Assembly (NCBI RefSeq): GCF_030013595.1
Contig: NZ_CP122774.1
DNA length: 5,732 bases
Direction: 5' to 3' (one strand)
Source of the DNA: Escherichia coli
Lineage (GTDB): Bacteria; Pseudomonadota; Gammaproteobacteria; Enterobacterales; Enterobacteriaceae
How positions within the stretch are numbered: the first letter of the stretch is position 1; every line of letters begins with the position of its first letter. The notes under the pieces are model-generated. The model searched no databases. It was not told the DNA's origin and saw nothing but the letters and a program-made list of their open reading frames with translations. The position numbers were made by a program, and so were the translations under genes. Below, in pieces: positions 1-5,219 of the stretch.

Positions 1-495
1 ATGGCGGGCACAGTATGGCGTGACATAAGAACGGGAGAGACTGTTTTTCCTATGGGGCACCTGCACCCTCAGAGGTGCTGTGTTGATGTAAACGGTACTT
101 CTGTAGATATAGAAATTAGTTTTGGTTTTCATGTTTTTACTGATGAAAAACAAACCGGAATGCTGATGAAATTTAAGGAGGAACAGAGGTTTTTTTGTAG
201 GGAACGCTATGAGGGCAGCAAAACTATCGTTCACAGAATACTTACAGCGATAGAAAACGGTGAATACATTACAGCATTTATTTCAAAGGGGCAGGGGCAG
301 CGGTATTACCATCTTAGCCATCATGATGACTTCATTTTGATGGAAATAAGAAAGCCTCAAGATAGAAATAATTCTTTGCGTATTCATGTTGTTACAGCTT
401 ACACGCTTGATGAATGGGGGACTGTAAATAAAGGACGTAACCTGCGGTTTAGATATGTGCTGGAACAGCGACTGCAGGGAAAGAAGATTGTGTAA
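1..495 (+). CDS. Hypothetical protein, 164 aa as drawn; candidate distal gene of a two-gene accessory cassette. Start uncertain (ATG at 1, or internal ATG at 52).
   Basis: Uninterrupted ORF from position 1 to TAA at 493-495. AT-rich relative to the backbone. Followed at once by a strong hairpin terminator. An alternative start at ATG 52 is preceded by GGGAGAG (33-39). No family recognised by eye; the HLSHHDD and RIHVVTAY segments are not diagnostic. Confidence 0.5.
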   Translation: MAGTVWRDIRTGETVFPMGHLHPQRCCVDVNGTSVDIEISFGFHVFTDEKQTGMLMKFKEEQRFFCRERYEGSKTIVHRILTAIENGEYITAFISKGQGQRYYHLSHHDDFILMEIRKPQDRNNSLRIHVVTAYTLDEWGTVNKGRNLRFRYVLEQRLQGKKIV

Positions 496-531
496 AAAAC
501 AAAAAGCGCCTAAGGCGCCTTTGTTTTTTGC
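495..531. terminator. Rho-independent terminator, probably bidirectional
   Basis: GC stem GCGCC (506-510) / GGCGC (514-518) with a TAA loop, flanked by an A-run (495-505) and a T-run (519-530) that are themselves complementary, so the hairpin plus U-tract works on either strand. Confidence 0.75.
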
Positions 532-679
532 AGAATTTCGGTCTGGCCTTTCGTTATCCCGCTCACAGGCTGGGAGGGTGTGACCCCCGGCATCAGCACC
601 CCTCTCTCGAGGTTCCGGTTTGTGCTGACAACATTAGTATCCTATTCCACATGTTCGTTGTCAAACTAGCGTACTTTTT

Positions 680-770
680 GGTGTTCATTGGTGTTTATAG
701 GTTGTCATTTACCCTCTTTGTGGTTATAAGTGTTTATAGGTTTTCATTGTTTTTTATAGGTGTTCATATG
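680..770. repeat. Direct-repeat array: three copies of TTTATAGGT(T/G)NTCAT(T) plus GTTCAT half-motifs, overlapping the promoter and start of the downstream HTH gene
   Basis: tttataggttgtcatt at 694-709, tttataggttttcatt at 733-748, tttataggtgttcat at 754-768; ggtgttcatt at 680-689. Spacing between copies is 39 and 21 bp. Confidence 0.6.
702..730 (+). promoter_or_regulatory. Putative sigma70 promoter (TTGTCA, 17 bp spacer, TATAAG) for the AlpA-like gene
   Basis: -35 TTGTCA at 702-707, 17-nt spacer, -10 TATAAG at 725-730, embedded in the repeat array about 40 bp upstream of ATG 768. Confidence 0.35.
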
Positions 771-1070
771 AAGTTGCTTGATAGTAATGAAGTGTGTGAG
801 CTCTTAGGCATCAGTAAGTCCACTTTGTATCGTTGGTGCGGGGTGTCTGAGGATTTTTCTGGCTTGGGTCTAAGTAGCGGTCTTCCTCAGGCTAACGCTA
901 CTCAGAACTCTTTAGGCAGGGAAAATAGGCTCGTTAGGAGGGAATTACAGCAAAACGCTCTCGGTGTCGAAGAGACGCCAAGCGACTTCCCTCGTCCTTT
1001 CAAGATCGGTCGTTCGTTTAAATGGAAAGACGCCGAAATTATGGCTTGGCTTGAAACGCGACGCGTTTGA
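768..1070 (+). CDS. AlpA/Xis-family-like helix-turn-helix DNA-binding protein (about 100 aa) with an internal insertion
   Basis: N-terminus LLDSNEVCELLGISKSTLYRW and C-terminus FPRPFKIGRSFKWKDAEIMAWLE match the AlpA/excisionase-type HTH pattern (xLSRSTIYR ... FPKPxKLGxRxxxWxxxEIxxWL). The listed ORF begins at 528, but its first 80 codons are translation of the repeat array and the first plausible start is ATG 768. Both start and product are uncertain. Confidence 0.5.
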   Translation: MKLLDSNEVCELLGISKSTLYRWCGVSEDFSGLGLSSGLPQANATQNSLGRENRLVRRELQQNALGVEETPSDFPRPFKIGRSFKWKDAEIMAWLETRRV

Positions 1071-1083
1071 TTGATAGATCTTC

Positions 1084-1112
1084 TTGAGATCATTTGGATC
1101 TCGTCGTAGTCT
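1084..1112 (+). promoter_or_regulatory. RNA II (primer) promoter of the ColE1-type replicon
   Basis: -35 TTGAGA (1084-1089), 17-nt spacer, -10 TAGTCT (1107-1112). Same position as the pMB1/ColE1 RNA II promoter (cttcTTGAGAtc ... TAATCT), recalled from memory. Confidence 0.7.
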
Positions 1113-1119
1113 TTTGTCC

Positions 1120-1227
1120 TGTAAACGAAAAAACCACCATGGCAGGTGGTTTTTCGAAGGTTATTTAATCCTGGCAGATTGAATAACCGTGGTAACAGCC
1201 TTGTGCGAGACGTGTCACCAAATCTGT
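1120..1227 (-). ncRNA. RNA I antisense copy-number control RNA (about 108 nt, approximate ends)
   Basis: The minus-strand terminator is the complement of gtaaacgaaaaaaccaccatggcaggtggttttt (1121-1154). The 5' end aligns with the conserved ccaaat.ctgtcc block (1218-1230). The minus-strand promoter (-10 complement agtgta at 1234-1239, -35 complement cttcaa at 1258-1263) matches the pMB1 RNA I promoter layout. Loop sequences differ from ColE1/pMB1. Confidence 0.7.
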
Positions 1228-1635
1228 CCTTTCAGTGTAGCCTCACTAAGGCCACCACTTCAAGAACTTTGAATACATCTCTCGCACATCCTGTTTACCA
1301 ATGGCTACCGCCACTGGCGATTTTTCGTGTCTGTTCCGGGTTGGACTCAAGATGATAGTTACCGGGACAACGTGGTAGTCGGGCTGAACGGGGGGTTCTT
1401 GCATACAGCCCAGCTTGGAGCGAACTGTCTAAACGGAACGGGACGTGGTGATTTAGGTAAAGCTTCCACCACAACACGGATGCCGCAGGACGGGAACAGG
1501 AGAGCGCAAGAGGGAGCCGCCAGGGGGAAACGCCTGGTATCTTTAAGTCCTGTCGGGTTTCGCCACCTCTGACTTGAGCGTCGATTTTTGTGATGCTCGT
1601 CAGGGGGGCGGAGCCTATGGAAAAACGCCAGCGGC
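1121..1635 (+). ncRNA. RNA II pre-primer transcript (approximate ends)
   Basis: Inferred from the promoter at 1084-1112 and the conserved origin switch region near 1620-1640. Ends are not determined. Confidence 0.65.
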
Positions 1636-1799
1636 GTGGCCTTCTCTGGGTTCTTGTTTTTTGCTCACATGTTTCTTTTGGTGTTATCCCCTGATTCTGT
1701 GGATAACCGCATTACCGTCTTTGAGTGAGCTGATACCGCTCGCCGCAGCCGAACGACCGAGCGTAGCGAGTCAGTGAGCGAGGAAGCGGAAGAGCGTCG

Positions 1800-1940
1800 G
1801 AAGTTGCATTTTCTCCTTACACATCTGTGCGGCATTTCACACCCGGCATGGCGCACTTTTCATACAATCCGCACTGATGCCGCATGGTTAAGCCAGTATA
1901 CACTCCGCTATCGCTACGTGACTGGGTCATGGCTGCGGCC
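1800..1940. other. bom/oriT (basis of mobility) region of a ColE1-type plasmid, expected to contain the nic site
   Basis: Near-identity, by recollection, to the pBR322/ColE1 bom segment (catacaatc.gc.ctgatgccgcat.gttaagccagtatacactccgctatcgctacgtgactgggtcatggctgcg), lying between ori and rop as in ColE1. Confidence 0.7.
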
Positions 1941-2018
1941 TGACGCGCCCTGACGGGCTTGTCTGCTCCCGGCATCCGCTCACAGACAAGCTGTGACCGT
2001 CTCCGGGAGCTGTATGTG

Positions 2019-2210
2019 TCAGAGGTTTTCACCGTCATCCCCGAAGCGTGCGAGGCAGCTGCGGTAAAGCTCATCGGCGTGGTCGTGAAGCGATTCACAG
2101 ATGTCTGCCTGTTCATCCGCGTCCAGTTCGTTGAGCTTTTCCAGCAGCGTTAATGTCTGGCTTCTGATAAAGCGGGCCATGTTAAGGGCGGTTTTTTCCT
2201 GTTTAGTCAC
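2019..2210 (-). CDS. rop: Rop/Rom, RNA I-RNA II interaction modulator (63 aa)
   Basis: Translation MTKQEKTALNMARFIRSQTLTLLEKLNELDADEQADICESLHDHADELYRSCLARFGDDGENL matches the ColE1/pBR322 Rop sequence as I remember it. Here the start codon is GTG (complement of 2208-2210), with GGAGG 6 nt upstream on the minus strand. Confidence 0.95.
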   Translation of the reverse strand: MTKQEKTALNMARFIRSQTLTLLEKLNELDADEQADICESLHDHADELYRSCLARFGDDGENL

Positions 2211-2250
2211 TGATGCCTCCGTGTAAGGGGGGATTTCTGTTCATGGGGTA

Positions 2251-2598
2251 ATGATACCGATGAAACGCGAGAGGATGCTCACGATACGGGTTACTGATGA
2301 TGAACATGCACGGTTACTGGAACGCTGTGAGGGTAAACAGCTGGCGGTATGGATGCGGCGGGTCTGTCTGGGTGAGCCGGTTGCCCGTTCCGGGAAGCTG
2401 CCGACACTGGCACCGCCGTTACTGCGCCAGCTGGCTGCCATCGGGAATAATCTGAATCAGACGGCGAGGAAGGTGAACAGCGGGCAGTGGTCTTCCGGTG
2501 ACCGGGTTCAGGTGGTGGCCGCACTGATGGCCATCGAGAGAGAGTTGCGCAGCTTACGGCAGGTCGTCAGGGAACATGGAGCGCGGGATGATAGTTAA
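2251..2598 (+). CDS. mbeC: Mobilisation protein MbeC (MobC-like relaxosome accessory protein). Alternative in-frame starts at 2260 and 2275 (MLTIRV).
   Basis: Translation ...MLTIRVTDDEHARLLERCEGKQLAVWMRRVCLGEP... is the MobC/MbeC N-terminal pattern; the 5' part is the same sequence retained as a remnant in pBR322. Stop TAA at 2596-2598 overlaps the mbeA start. Confidence 0.88.
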   Translation: MIPMKRERMLTIRVTDDEHARLLERCEGKQLAVWMRRVCLGEPVARSGKLPTLAPPLLRQLAAIGNNLNQTARKVNSGQWSSGDRVQVVAALMAIERELRSLRQVVREHGARDDS

Positions 2599-4330
2599 GT
2601 TTCATGCCAGGGGAAAAGGCGGTGGCAGTGGTCCGGTTGATTACCTGCTGGGAAGGGAGCGTAACCGGGAAGGGGCAACGGTGCTTCAGGGTAATCCGGA
2701 AGAAGTCCGGGAACTCATCGATGCCACGCCATTTGCGAAGAAATACACGTCAGGTGTTCTGTCGTTCGCGGAGAAGGAGCTGCCGCCTGGAGGGCGTGAA
2801 AAAGTGATGGCGAGCTTTGAGCGTGTACTGATGCCCGGTCTCGAGAAAAATCAGTACAGCATCCTGTGGGTGGAGCACCAGGACAAGGGACGGCTTGAGC
2901 TGAATTTTGTCATTCCGAACATGGAGCTACAGACCGGAAAACGCCTCCAGCCGTACTACGACCGGGCAGACAGGCCGAGAATTGATGCCTGGCAGACGCT
3001 GGTTAATCACCATTACGGGCTGCATGACCCCAACGCCCCGGAGAACCGCCGGACGCTGACCCTTCCTGATAACCTGCCGGAAACGAAACAGGCGCTTGCA
3101 GAGAGCGTCACACGCGGGATAGACGCTCTTTATCATGTCGGGGAGATAAAAGGCCGTCAGGATGTGATTCAGGCGCTCACAGAGGCAGGGCTTGAAGTGG
3201 TCAGGGTGACGCGAAGCAGTATCAGCATTGCAGACCCGAACGGTGGGAAGAATATCAGGCTGAAAGGAGCATTTTATGAGCAATCTTTTACAGACGGGCG
3301 CGGAGTTCGAGAAAAAGCTGAAAGAGAGAGCCGAATCTACAGAGACAATGCTGAACGACGAGTTCAGCAAGCTCGAAAAATCTGTAAGCAAGGCTGTGAC
3401 ATCAAACGAGACGAAAATCAAAGACGCTATAGCCCTGTTCACAGCTTCGACAGAGGAATCACTGAAAAAACACCGGGAAGGGGTGAAAGAGGCGATGATG
3501 CAGCACAGGAAGGACGTGTTAAAGCTGGCAGGGAATACGGGCATGATGTTACTGGGGATGGTCCTTTTCCTGTTTACCGTGAGTGGCGGGACGCTCTGGT
3601 ATCTTGGCGGGCGGATACAGGCGAACCTGGAAGAAATCAGGATACAGGAAGAAACATTGCAGAAACTGAACGCGAAGACATGGGGCGTGGAGTTTGTGCA
3701 GGACGGGAGAAGGAAATTTCTGGTCATCCCGCAGGGGAAATCGGCAACGGTGATTCCCTATCAGGAGAAGGACTGGGTACAACTGACGGAGTGACACAGA
3801 GTGACGGAGCTGGAAAGACATTTGCTGAACGCCTTAGAGCAACTGCAACAGGACTATATGCAGCGGCTGAGCGAATGGGAGAGCGCCTTCGTGGAATTGC
3901 AGAAAATGTTTTCGCTTACGCAACGGGACAACGCGATGCTGAACGAGCAGGTCATGCAGTTGAGTCAGCAGGTGCAGCACTTGAGCGAGCGGACAGAACG
4001 CTTGAGCCAGTTATACAGCGAGAACAGGAGATAAGGGACGAACGGCTGATACAGGAGCGCGAACATGAGTTATCCCTGGAGCGTGAGCGCCAGCTGGAAA
4101 TACAGGAACGGACACTGGATGGCATGGTAATCAGAGACAGGCTAAAATGTTGTCAGCGCGTTTCCGGTGCATTTTTTGGGATAATGGTTGGTTCGGGGGC
4201 ACCGGGAACGCGCTTCAGTCAGACCTTGCTGAAAACACAGGAACGCGTTAAAACGCATACGGGCGCGATTCTGGTGTGTCTTTTGTTGCTGTGTTTTGCC
4301 TCTATTGCCAGATCGCGCTCATTCCCCTGA
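2588..4330 (+). CDS. mbeA: Mobilisation relaxase MbeA (ColE1-type). 580 aa from ATG 2588 (the ORF track starts 4 codons earlier at 2576); 3' boundary should be verified.
   Basis: N-terminus MIVKFHARGKGGGSGPVDYLLGRE is the canonical relaxase start. The ORF overlaps the mbeC stop by 11 nt and contains mbeB and mbeD in the +1 frame, as in ColE1. The hydrophobic C-terminal tail (ILVCLLLLCFASIA) is atypical. Confidence 0.85.
   Translation: MIVKFHARGKGGGSGPVDYLLGRERNREGATVLQGNPEEVRELIDATPFAKKYTSGVLSFAEKELPPGGREKVMASFERVLMPGLEKNQYSILWVEHQDKGRLELNFVIPNMELQTGKRLQPYYDRADRPRIDAWQTLVNHHYGLHDPNAPENRRTLTLPDNLPETKQALAESVTRGIDALYHVGEIKGRQDVIQALTEAGLEVVRVTRSSISIADPNGGKNIRLKGAFYEQSFTDGRGVREKAERESRIYRDNAERRVQQARKICKQGCDIKRDENQRRYSPVHSFDRGITEKTPGRGERGDDAAQEGRVKAGREYGHDVTGDGPFPVYREWRDALVSWRADTGEPGRNQDTGRNIAETEREDMGRGVCAGREKEISGHPAGEIGNGDSLSGEGLGTTDGVTQSDGAGKTFAERLRATATGLYAAAERMGERLRGIAENVFAYATGQRDAERAGHAVESAGAALERADRTLEPVIQREQEIRDERLIQEREHELSLERERQLEIQERTLDGMVIRDRLKCCQRVSGAFFGIMVGSGAPGTRFSQTLLKTQERVKTHTGAILVCLLLLCFASIARSRSFP
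3276..3794 (+). CDS. mbeB: Mobilisation protein MbeB (172 aa), nested in the +1 frame of mbeA
   Basis: 172-codon ORF with AGGAG (3265-3269) 6 nt upstream of ATG 3276. Position and length agree with ColE1 mbeB; it has a central hydrophobic segment (MMLLGMVLFLFTVSGGTLWYL). Confidence 0.8.
   Translation: MSNLLQTGAEFEKKLKERAESTETMLNDEFSKLEKSVSKAVTSNETKIKDAIALFTASTEESLKKHREGVKEAMMQHRKDVLKLAGNTGMMLLGMVLFLFTVSGGTLWYLGGRIQANLEEIRIQEETLQKLNAKTWGVEFVQDGRRKFLVIPQGKSATVIPYQEKDWVQLTE
3801..4034 (+). CDS. mbeD: Mobilisation protein MbeD (77 aa), same frame as mbeB, GTG start 6 nt after the mbeB stop
   Basis: GTG at 3801 with GGAG 10 nt upstream. Coiled-coil-like sequence (LEQLQQDYMQRLSEWESAFVELQKMF...). 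Position corresponds to ColE1 mbeD. Confidence 0.7.
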   Translation: MTELERHLLNALEQLQQDYMQRLSEWESAFVELQKMFSLTQRDNAMLNEQVMQLSQQVQHLSERTERLSQLYSENRR

Positions 4331-4435
4331 ACTTCTGTTTTCCCGCTCCGGTCCCCGTCTTCTTCGCTTCCGAAAGCATGAAAAAAATCCGTTTCAGCTG
4401 TCTCTGGCTGGCAATTCCTGCGTGATTCACATGGC

Positions 4436-4577
4436 TGCATAGCTATGCATGTGGTTAAAATTTACCGGGTGCGATCGCGGCAGTTTTTCGGGTGGTTTGT
4501 TGCCATTTTTACCTGTCTGCTGCCGTGATCGCACCGAACGCGTTTCTGCGGTGCGGGCAACGGATGTTATGGTAAAT
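4436..4577. other. cer/psi-like Xer site-specific recombination (multimer resolution) site: accessory region with a palindromic box plus XerC/XerD core
   Basis: Core GGTGCGGGCAA-CGGATG-TTATGGTAAAT (4550-4577). The right arm is identical to the cer/dif XerD arm TTATGGTAAAT as I recall it, and the left arm is GGTGCG..CAA like the XerC arms. A perfect 14-bp palindrome TGCATAGCTATGCA (4436-4449) lies about 100 bp upstream, where cer carries its ArgR box. Confidence 0.55.
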
Positions 4578-4693
4578 ATTGGTGCTCTGGGATGAAGCGA
4601 AAATAGGCTTTTTTTCGCTATTTTAGCCTGTTCAGGAACGGCAAGAGTAAATATCTGGGAGCATGAAGCTCGTTAACCTGAATGGAGATCCTG

Positions 4694-4858
4694 ATGATGG
4701 ACAAAGATACCACCACCCTAAAACGCACTTTGGCTCATAATCGAGCCTTTAGCGATAATATTAACCGCAGTGGCATAGCCTGGTGCTATAACACTGAGAT
4801 TGTACTCGCTGCTTGTGAGGCGATTGAAGCCGAACTACAACGGCGAGGATGTTTGTAA
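4694..4858 (+). CDS. Small hypothetical protein (54-55 aa: MMDKDTTTLKRTLAHNRAFSDNINRSGIAWCYNTEIVLAACEAIEAELQRRGCL)
   Basis: Not in the ORF track (below its length cutoff). GGAG at 4684-4687 sits 6 nt upstream of tandem ATG ATG (4694-4699). TAA at 4856-4858 is followed within 10 nt by a strong terminator. Confidence 0.4.
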   Translation: MMDKDTTTLKRTLAHNRAFSDNINRSGIAWCYNTEIVLAACEAIEAELQRRGCL

Positions 4859-4865
4859 CAATAAG

Positions 4866-4889
4866 AAAACCCGCATCAGCGGGTTTTTT
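4866..4889 (+). terminator. Rho-independent terminator
   Basis: aaaacccgc-atca-gcgggtttttt: perfect 9-bp stem, 4-nt loop and a T-run. Confidence 0.75.
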
Positions 4890-4960
4890 AGTCTCTGAGA
4901 CGCGCTACCGCTAAATTATTTTTCTCTCTATCCGCCCTGGCTTGCCCCCTACAACCCCAT

Positions 4961-5007
4961 GGAGCACAAGGAGCACAGGGAGAACCATCGAGCACAACGA
5001 GCACCGC
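4961..5007. repeat. Five tandem degenerate 9-bp repeats (G)GAGCACA-type
   Basis: ggagcacaa | ggagcacag | ggagaaccatc | gagcacaac | gagcaccgc, read directly from the sequence, immediately upstream of the AT-rich tract. Confidence 0.6.
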
Positions 5008-5009
5008 CT

Positions 5010-5190
5010 TCCTCTTATAAATCATTATTAATCATATAATTAAACAACTTCATTGTAATATATATTACTTTTTATGTTTTTAAATGTAATGTTTATTGCG
5101 ATTTAGCTTGTTTTTAACTCTATTTTTTCAGATGAGAACAAGCTGCCAGCAATGAATAACTATTTGATTTTATTGGTTTTTTCAATAAAT
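5010..5190 (+). promoter_or_regulatory. AT-rich leader or promoter tract upstream of the terminal gene (exact promoter not mapped)
   Basis: About 180 bp of strongly AT-rich sequence with several TATAAT-like and TTGA-like hexamers (for example ttataaatcattattaatcatataatt and ttgtaatatatattac), contrasting with the GC-rich backbone. Confidence 0.35.
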
Positions 5191-5219
5191 TAGTGTCCAT
5201 AGACAAACGGGAGACGACT

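Larger units (their letters stand above)
1084..1640 (+). other. ColE1-type origin of vegetative replication (RNA II primer region through the RNA-DNA switch)
   Basis: 1300-1640 is close to the pMB1/pBR322 origin as I recall it (ccgggttggactcaaga.gatagttaccgg ... gggggaaacgcctggtatcttta.agtcctgtcgggtttcgccacctctgacttgagcgtcgatttttgtgatgctcgtcaggggggcggagcctatggaaaaacgccagc). The window is in the opposite orientation to pBR322 numbering. Confidence 0.85.

Noticed and set aside
540-640. GC-rich segment with a partial inverted repeat (gggagggtg ... cacccctctc) as a possible small RNA
   Set aside because: The pairing is imperfect and no promoter or terminator could be assigned. Insufficient evidence to call a feature.
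528-767. 5' part of the listed 180-aa ORF (528-1070)
   Set aside because: The first 80 codons are low-complexity translation of the direct-repeat array and promoter region (FVVKLAYFLVFIGVYRLSFTLFVVISVYRFSLFFIGV). The recognisable HTH domain begins at the internal ATG at 768, so the upstream extension is most likely non-coding.
680-770. Possibility that either repeat block (680-770 or 4961-5007) is a CRISPR array
   Set aside because: Repeat units are 9-16 bp, degenerate, and contiguous or irregularly spaced, with no 28-37-bp repeats separated by unique spacers. Not CRISPR-like.
902-1093. 63-aa minus-strand ORF
   Set aside because: It is antisense to the AlpA-like gene and runs into the RNA II promoter. 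It has no obvious RBS and a Ser/Arg-rich, low-complexity translation, so it is likely spurious.
1146-1856. Cluster of overlapping short ORFs on both strands (1146-1355, 1295-1477, 1327-1572, 1574-1777, 1665-1856)
   Set aside because: They lie across the RNA II/ori and bom regions, which are conserved as structured non-coding DNA in ColE1-type plasmids. Translations are Arg/Gly-rich and gene-unlike.
1817-2153. ORFs 1817-2116 (minus) and 1959-2153 (plus) overlapping rop
   Set aside because: rop (2019-2210, minus) is confidently identified in another frame. These are frame or antisense shadows of a GC-rich region.
2241-2524. Minus-strand ORFs 2241-2441 and 2291-2524
   Set aside because: Antisense to mbeC, which has a clear MobC-type translation. 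Typical GC-rich antisense ORF artefacts.
2604-2807. 67-aa plus-strand ORF inside the mbeA 5' region
   Set aside because: Alternative frame within the conserved relaxase N-terminal domain, with an Arg-rich translation and no RBS. Unlike mbeB and mbeD it has no positional counterpart in ColE1.
2927-3821. Long minus-strand ORFs (2927-3727, 266 aa; 3549-3821, 90 aa)
   Set aside because: Antisense to the triple-constrained mbeA/mbeB/mbeD region. No RBS, Ser/Cys/Phe-rich translation. An ORF this long can arise by chance opposite a stop-poor coding strand.
4378-4425. Tiny ORF encoding MKKIRFSCLWLAIPA (15 aa)
   Set aside because: Too short to support, with no clear RBS. It lies in the accessory arm of the cer-like site. 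A leader peptide cannot be excluded, but there is no positive evidence.
4219-4440. 73-aa minus-strand ORF across the mbeA 3' end and the start of the cer-like region
   Set aside because: No RBS, and it overlaps the palindromic box of the resolution site. Probably spurious.
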